From: a virus
Taxonomy: Duplodnaviria > Caudoviricetes
Direction: 5' to 3' (one strand)
IMG/VR virus record: IMGVR_UViG_3300017560_000174
Coordinates: 1 to 30,580 of that record
Length of the DNA stretch: 30,580 nucleotides
In this document: positions 25,707-30,580 of the stretch, piece by piece
Layout of the letters: each line of letters begins with the position of its first letter
How positions within the stretch are numbered: position 1 is the stretch's first letter
Made by a program: the position numbers and the translations under genes
The notes under the pieces: model-generated
Databases searched by the model: none
Told to the model about the DNA's origin: nothing
Seen by the model: the letters and a program-made list of their open reading frames with translations, nothing else

Positions 25707-26019
25707 GGCCGAACCACCATGAGGTTCCTGCCACCACTTCAAGCCGCGCGCGCGCCGCGACCACAAGGGAGCGGCGGCGCGCAGCGGCGCCTCTCTTAAA
25801 GAAATCTCTTAGGAGATTTCTTAAGAGGTTTCTTCGTGCAACTTCTGAGGTTGCACCCGGTGCAACCCTATTAGGTTGCACCCCCTGCAACTTCTGAGGT
25901 TGCACCCGGTGCAACCCTATTAGGTTGCACCCACCCTGCAACTTCTGAGGTTGCACCTCCCCTGCAACTTCTGAGGTTGCACGTTCTGCTGCCAGACCGT
26001 GGCTCACGCTGATGCTCAT
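25699..26019 (-). CDS. ORF spanning origin iterons (possible separated C-terminal part of initiator)
   Basis: ATGA-coupled to initiator stop; stays open across the repeats; may be non-functional. Confidence 0.4.
   Translation of the reverse strand: MSISVSHGLAAERATSEVAGEVQPQKLQGGCNLIGLHRVQPQKLQGVQPNRVAPGATSEVARRNLLRNLLRDFFKRGAAARRRSLVVAARARLEVVAGTSWWFGHA
25793..25981. repeat. Putative replication origin: six palindromic iterons plus AT-rich inverted repeat
   Basis: TGCAACTTCTGAGGTTGCA at 25837, 25886, 25937, 25963; TGCAACCCTATTAGGTTGCA at 25861, 25910; AAGAAATCTC/GAGATTTCTT palindrome within 25793-25827. Confidence 0.8.
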
Positions 26020-26606
26020 CCGAACATCCCCTCCAGTTCCGCGAGGTCGTCTCGGCTGCGCTGAGTAACCCCACCCTGGATCACGCTGAACTGGCTCGAA
26101 GGCGATGTCGGCTCTGGCGCAGAGTCAACAACTTCTGGGGTTTGTTGCTTGTTAGTATCTTCCGGCTCTCCGGAGGTGGCCTCGGGCGCTGACAATGGCG
26201 CTGCTACCTGAGCCTTCTTTTTCTCACGCTTCTTTTTTCGTCTCTGGTCGACATTGAATTGCCCGTACCGCTCATGCTTGAGCTTCTCATCGAGGACAAG
26301 CGTATACCGTTTCGTTACCCCGCCTTTCGGAAGGATGGATTCGATGATCCCCCAGTCCTCAAGGGTGGCAAGATGCTTGTTGACGGCCTGCCGGGAAATG
26401 CCAAGGCGGGCCGCGATCGTGTCCTGACCGACTCGGCACCCTCCTTCCTGGTTCATGTACTCAACAGCAACACACAGTACACGCAGCGCCGCCGGCTCCT
26501 CCCTCAGATATATGGCCGCACGGGCTAGCGCCCGGTGCATTAGGACGAAGCCGTAAACGCTGGCATCGTCGGCACGCGCTTTCTGCATTTCTTCGCTTTT
26601 GTTCAC
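26016..26606 (-). CDS. HTH replication initiator (lambda O-like N-terminal winged HTH)
   Basis: YMN..GGCRVGQDTIAARLGISRQAVNKHLATLEDWGII HTH; adjacent iterons. Confidence 0.7.
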   Translation of the reverse strand: MNKSEEMQKARADDASVYGFVLMHRALARAAIYLREEPAALRVLCVAVEYMNQEGGCRVGQDTIAARLGISRQAVNKHLATLEDWGIIESILPKGGVTKRYTLVLDEKLKHERYGQFNVDQRRKKKREKKKAQVAAPLSAPEATSGEPEDTNKQQTPEVVDSAPEPTSPSSQFSVIQGGVTQRSRDDLAELEGMFG

Positions 26607-26830
26607 GCTACACCTCGTTCAGCAGTTGACCGGACAGGTTTGGACAGCCGCTCGGCTGCCCAGGCATCAAGGTCGTCGGTGCTATAGAGTGGAATTCGGC
26701 CGACATACTGCATCAAAGGCCCGCCACCGATGGTGGCGAGCTTGTTCAGCGTGGCAAGAGCGATAGGAATGCCGTGTTTCTCGGCCAGATAGGCCGGCAC
26801 ATCCTTGCGGCGGAGACGGGGACTGATCAT
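26603..26830 (-). CDS. Excisionase-like / AlpA-like DNA-binding protein
   Basis: MISPRLRRKDVPAYL...ATLNKLATIGGGP....GRIPLY...DLDAW; ATGA overlap at start. Confidence 0.8.
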   Translation of the reverse strand: MISPRLRRKDVPAYLAEKHGIPIALATLNKLATIGGGPLMQYVGRIPLYSTDDLDAWAAERLSKPVRSTAERGVA

Positions 26831-27078
26831 GCTGTATCCCCATAGTGTTTCGCGGCAAGCTCCGAGCGGTTGCCAGGAATTGCTTCGAACTCCGCAACAA
26901 TCTGCGCTGCGAGATTGCGAGCGATCCAAGCCAGCGAAAACGCGGTTTCCGTTCCGAGGTTAGGCTTGCCGTCGCGGACGAACTCGCAGTTATCAAGGAT
27001 GAAATCCGCCAGTACTTTCAACTGGCAATGCAGATGGCCGACGTTGGATTCAATGCTATCGAGGTCCGGGGTACTCAT
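26827..27078 (-). CDS. Hypothetical protein
   Basis: 83 aa, GAGG RBS, ATGA overlaps at both ends. Confidence 0.65.
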   Translation of the reverse strand: MSTPDLDSIESNVGHLHCQLKVLADFILDNCEFVRDGKPNLGTETAFSLAWIARNLAAQIVAEFEAIPGNRSELAAKHYGDTA

Positions 27079-27557
27079 GCCGCACCTCGGTGGGCGTTGT
27101 ATTTCTCACGGAATCGGACTTTGTTGACGCTCTGCACAGCTTTGCTTGCCATCACCGCAAAATCGGTGAGGTCATCGGCCATATCGGCAGCGAAGCCGAT
27201 CAACAGCCAATTGCGCCATTCCTCTTCTAGCGCCGAAGTCGGCGTAGCTGCCTCAGCGACGTTGATCACCGCTTGCTCATAACCAGCGAGCCAGTCGCAA
27301 AGGGTTTCCAGAATAGTGCCCGCACCGTTAGCCGTGTCCTCCCCTTCGACTATGAACCTCGGTTGGCAAGTGAAACCACAGAGTATCTGTTGAGTGGTAT
27401 GCATCACGTCGCGCAACGACCGAAGTTCGCTCACCGTCAGAGCCCGGAGTGCGTTCATGTCGATATGACATGCTAGCGATCCACTGGGGGCTAGCGAGTC
27501 ACTGGATACCGCGGTTGCCCCAGCGGCAGGCACGGTGCTATAGTGCGTCCTCTTCAT
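27075..27557 (-). CDS. Hypothetical protein
   Basis: 160 aa, GAGGA RBS, coupled to downstream gene. Confidence 0.65.
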   Translation of the reverse strand: MKRTHYSTVPAAGATAVSSDSLAPSGSLACHIDMNALRALTVSELRSLRDVMHTTQQILCGFTCQPRFIVEGEDTANGAGTILETLCDWLAGYEQAVINVAEAATPTSALEEEWRNWLLIGFAADMADDLTDFAVMASKAVQSVNKVRFREKYNAHRGAA

Positions 27558-27566
27558 CGGCTTTCC

Positions 27567-27752
27567 TCACGAGGGTTGGCTGGTTTCAAGGCGCGGGTCC
27601 GCTGCAACGGGCACCGCGCCTTTTGCTTTCATCCGCTCCCGAATGGCGCGAACAATCTCGGAATTTTGGGAACTGGCGTTCTCCCGGGCCTCAGCCTCAA
27701 TGAAGGCTTTGGCATCGGCGGGAAGGCGTAACTGTAGCGCAACTCGGCTCAT
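27567..27752 (-). CDS. Arc-family RHH protein (Cro-equivalent)
   Basis: LQLRLPADAKAFIEAEARENASSQNSEIVRAI; first gene of leftward operon. Confidence 0.88.
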   Translation of the reverse strand: MSRVALQLRLPADAKAFIEAEARENASSQNSEIVRAIRERMKAKGAVPVAADPRLETSQPS

Positions 27753-27780
27753 CTCATTTAAGCCTCGAACCATTAACTAT

Positions 27781-27838
27781 GACACCGTTATAGTGTCGAC
27801 ACCATGCTGGTGTCAAGACATGACACTAAAATGGTGCT
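27781..27838. promoter_or_regulatory. Three operator palindromes overlapping the leftward sigma70 promoter
   Basis: GACAC-N7-GTGTC at 27781-27797 and 27798-27814; GACAC-N7-GTGCT at 27822-27838; minus-strand TTGACA (27816-27811)-N17-CTATAA. Confidence 0.8.
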
Positions 27839-27867
27839 AATCGACCTGGGTAAACTGGGGAAGTCTG

Positions 27868-28413
27868 ATGGCCGCCGACGCTGAAGTCCGCATCACGTTC
27901 AGGATGCCAGCAAACCTTCGCGAACGTGTTGCCGCTGCTGCAGAAAAGAACAATCGCTCAATGAATGCCGAGATCGTCGCGCGCCTCGAAGCGTCCTTTT
28001 TTGATGATGCACTTGTTGAAGGTGCAGATCGTCAATTAATGTTCGTAAGCCGTGCGATCGAACGGCTAAAGACATTTATAGACGAGAAAATTAGCGATGA
28101 AGAATTCATACGCAGTCTTATCGTGGGCGCTCCGGACGCGGGAAAACGGACAAACGTTCGCAGCCTAGCAAATCAAGCGGGCAGCTCCACTCTCACTCAC
28201 ATAATCGAGCTTCGTGCACTGTATGGTTTGATTCGAAAGAAAGTGCTTCCGACCAAAATATTACTAAAGGCGTTAGAGGGATATCTTGTGGCAGTGAAGC
28301 ATCTTGTTGAGATCATGGAAGATCAAGTGGGCGGCAAGAATGTTGCTGATCTAAAGCGCGAATTTGAAATGACTGAGACTCTCTTAAAATCCGTTTGGAA
28401 TATTTATCGATAA
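27868..28413 (+). CDS. Arc-family RHH repressor with low-GC C-terminal extension
   Basis: ITFRMPANLRERVAAAAEKNNRSMNAEIVARLEASF; divergent from the lytic operon. Confidence 0.85.
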   Translation: MAADAEVRITFRMPANLRERVAAAAEKNNRSMNAEIVARLEASFFDDALVEGADRQLMFVSRAIERLKTFIDEKISDEEFIRSLIVGAPDAGKRTNVRSLANQAGSSTLTHIIELRALYGLIRKKVLPTKILLKALEGYLVAVKHLVEIMEDQVGGKNVADLKREFEMTETLLKSVWNIYR

Positions 28414-29694
28414 TTAGTCTACTTCCTCAGGACGATCGCCTCTGCCGCTTCGTCCCGTCATTTGTAGGCTCACCTCACCAGCAATCTTATTCGCCGCAGC
28501 AACCAATACTGAGTCCAGCCGATGCGTATATCTTGAGGTGATCCCCGTTCCGACGTGCCCAAGGCACGCCCCTATCGTCGAATCCGCAAAGCCAAGATCT
28601 GCGCCGACGCTTGCGAATGAGTGACGCAGGACATGCGGGGTCACTCCAGCAAGTCCAGCCGATTTGAAAACATGTCGGTAAAACCTGGTGACACCGGCAA
28701 ATGGCCGCCGTTCAAGCCGCGCGGCCGGAAAGACGTAGGGATTGCTGTCGCTCCGCTCGATGGCTTTAAGAATATCTGACGCGACAGTCGGTAGCGGCCT
28801 CACCGATTTTCCGGTCTTACTGTCGCTGAGGCGAATAACCTGAGCATCGAAGTCGACTTCTGACCATTGCAGGTTCTCGACCTCCCCGATCCGGCACCCC
28901 GTCAACGCAGCAAAACGAAGCATGGCGATGCCCTGCCATGGCTTGGTCTCATCCGCTTCTGCTTCGACGAGCGCCCACTGAAATGCCCGATATTCTTCTT
29001 TGCTCAATCGACGCTCGCGCCGCTGGCTCGCCGGCTTCTTGACGCCGAAGGTCGGGTTGGCATCGATGACGCCATCGGCGACCGCGTACGACAGTATCGC
29101 TCCGAGCGCCGCAGTTGAGCGTGCAGCCGTCGCTGGCCCACCCAGTGCCCGCGTTCGACCGCGGAGCTTTCCGGAAGGCTTCGGCTTTTTTGCCGTCTGG
29201 CCGCCCTGCACGTCTCGAATGAACTTGACGACATCCGATCGCCTCAGGTCGATCACCAGCTTTGTGCCGAGCACAGGCTTGATATGAGCGTTCGCCAATC
29301 CCTTGTCGATTGCGAGCGTGCTCGCCTTCTTCGGGAGGCCACGGCGACCGAGGATCAACCCCCTCTCGGCGGCGCCGAAATAGCGGTCACAGAGCTCTGC
29401 GACCGTAAGTGACTTGCGTCGGGTGCGACGCTCGAGCTGCGGGTCCTCGCCATGGAAGGTGCTGCCGAGGGTGCTGATGGCGAGTTTGCGGGCCTTCTCG
29501 GTGCTTAGGGCCCCGTGTCGACCGATCGTCATGCGGCGCCGGCTTCCATCTTTCGTCCGATAATCGACCACGTAGGACTTGGCACCGGACGGATTGACAC
29601 AGACGCCGAATCCCTTGAGTTCAGAGCACCAAACGGTCCACTGCTTGGCCCGCGCCTCTGCGGCATCGACGACGGACTTGGTGAGTTTTGGCAT
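28414..29694 (-). CDS. int: Tyrosine integrase with N-terminal arm-binding domain
   Basis: GFGVCVNPSGAKSY...R...IGRHG arm domain; catalytic TGCRIGE, K (SKTG), HVLRHSF, LGH, RYTH. Confidence 0.96.
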   Translation of the reverse strand: MPKLTKSVVDAAEARAKQWTVWCSELKGFGVCVNPSGAKSYVVDYRTKDGSRRRMTIGRHGALSTEKARKLAISTLGSTFHGEDPQLERRTRRKSLTVAELCDRYFGAAERGLILGRRGLPKKASTLAIDKGLANAHIKPVLGTKLVIDLRRSDVVKFIRDVQGGQTAKKPKPSGKLRGRTRALGGPATAARSTAALGAILSYAVADGVIDANPTFGVKKPASQRRERRLSKEEYRAFQWALVEAEADETKPWQGIAMLRFAALTGCRIGEVENLQWSEVDFDAQVIRLSDSKTGKSVRPLPTVASDILKAIERSDSNPYVFPAARLERRPFAGVTRFYRHVFKSAGLAGVTPHVLRHSFASVGADLGFADSTIGACLGHVGTGITSRYTHRLDSVLVAAANKIAGEVSLQMTGRSGRGDRPEEVD

Positions 29695-29736
29695 CCGACC
29701 TCTTCATTGGCCAAATAACGTCTTCGCTGGCCATTT

Positions 29737-29757
29737 TACTCACCACATACTCACCAC
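29737..29757 (+). repeat. Putative integrase arm-type sites
   Basis: TACTCACCAC direct repeat, 11-bp period, between int start and att core. Confidence 0.6.
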
Positions 29758-29895
29758 GAAATCGGAAACGATGGAAGTCCGCAGAAAACGTCGGAAAGCT
29801 CAGATCATATAATTACCTTAGTAAAATCAATTCGATAGAAAGCCGTAGCTAAAGGCGGCAAAGTTGTGCAAAGGCTAGAAAACTCCGCCTGACAA

Positions 29896-29942
29896 CATTG
29901 GTAATGAAGAGGTCGACAGTTCAATCCTGTCCGGCAGCACCA
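29896..29942 (+). other. att core: 3' part of tRNA-Thr(GGT) duplicated on integration
   Basis: CATTGGTAATGAAGAGGTCGACAGTTCAATCCTGTCCGGCAGCACCA contains anticodon loop, T-arm, 3' acceptor strand and CCA; no 5' half upstream. Confidence 0.88.
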
Positions 29943-30115
29943 TTTTAAGTCACTGATATCCAATAAGAAATTGATAAGTCAGGCATTCTGCGCCTGCCAA
30001 GCGGATCGGAGCGGATCTGACCGCTGATATTCAACGCACTATTCCGCCCCCAGATCCTTGCCCCCATACCCGAAACGGCTCGCAAGATACGGAGACCGGC
30101 ACCGGCCGGCCCGAT

Positions 30116-30580
30116 TCAACGGTCGCCGAGATATCCCTCGACGTAGAAACGAACCACCGCGACCCGGGCAACCGCGACCAACGGCATGGCAAGTGCGATG
30201 CCAAGAACGCCGAAGAGAGCGCCGAGCACAACCAACGCCGCAAGTGTCCAGGCCGGCGGCGTCTCGACCGCCTGACGCTGGATCAATGGGCCGATCACAT
30301 AGCCCTCGATCGACTGGATCGCCGCATAAATGACGACGGACCAGATCAGCACCGAGTGACCATACGGCATGGCCACAAGTCCGATCGGAATGGCAGCGAC
30401 GATCGGACCGAAGAACGGGATAAAATTCGACACGCCAGCCTGAAGCCCGAGCAGGAACGGGCCCGGCAAGCCGAGAAGATAAAGCAGCAGCCAGACGCAA
30501 AGCGTCATGATCGCGACGCGGATAACCTGGCCGACAAACCACAGGCGGAGAATGGCGCCCATCTCATCGAGCACGGCGCG
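30116..30580 (-). CDS. AI-2E (PerM/YhhT) family membrane transporter, C-terminal part
   Basis: GL.AG..NFIPFFGP, Q.IEG.VI.PLIQ..AV..PP and LFG.LG..LA.PL motifs; open to right edge. Confidence 0.88.
   Translation of the reverse strand, partial: RAVLDEMGAILRLWFVGQVIRVAIMTLCVWLLLYLLGLPGPFLLGLQAGVSNFIPFFGPIVAAIPIGLVAMPYGHSVLIWSVVIYAAIQSIEGYVIGPLIQRQAVETPPAWTLAALVVLGALFGVLGIALAMPLVAVARVAVVRFYVEGYLGDR

Larger units (their letters stand above)
1..29942 (-). mobile_element. HK97-like siphovirus prophage (continues beyond left edge)
   Basis: Integrase-att, switch, replication, packaging, head and tail modules in canonical order. Confidence 0.95.

Noticed and set aside
25837-25981. CRISPR array
   Set aside because: Repeats are 19-20 bp with only 5-7 nt low-complexity linkers, and no cas genes are present; the position next to an HTH initiator fits iterons
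29860-29942. Intact tRNA-Thr gene
   Set aside because: The 5' acceptor strand and D-arm are missing and the anticodon stem pairs only partly; it is the att duplication

Overview
The window is the right-hand ~30 kb of a compact HK97-type siphovirus prophage, probably in an alphaproteobacterium (Rhizobiales-like GC and promoter style; inferred). It is integrated at tRNA-Thr(GGT): only the 3' 47-bp tRNA duplication (29896-29942) is present, followed by a partial AI-2E transporter gene. Reading the minus strand from the right end: tyrosine integrase; a divergent pair of Arc/ribbon-helix-helix regulators around three GACAC-N7-GTG(T/C)(C/T) operators; a very small early operon (two unknowns, excisionase-like HTH, HTH replication initiator, an origin of six palindromic iterons, DUF6456-like regulator); a sigma70 promoter followed by a terminator (lambda pR'/tR'-like); a three-gene stress cassette (KGG protein, two PRC-barrel proteins) with sigma-EcfG-like promoters; HNH, an orphan BrnA-like gene and a cos-like region; TerS; TerL with a class-3 (Ala1/WCT) LAGLIDADG intein; portal, protease, capsid and neck; tail tube; G/GT chaperones with a GGGAAAA -1 frameshift; tape measure, tail tip, three low-GC paralogous tip proteins and tail fibre genes running off the left edge. 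Lysis genes and the intact tRNA/other att are not in the window. The best candidates for something undescribed are the prophage-borne stress-response moron and the Arc-Arc switch combined with DUF6456/pR'-tR' late control. All family calls come from motif recognition by eye; no database search was run.
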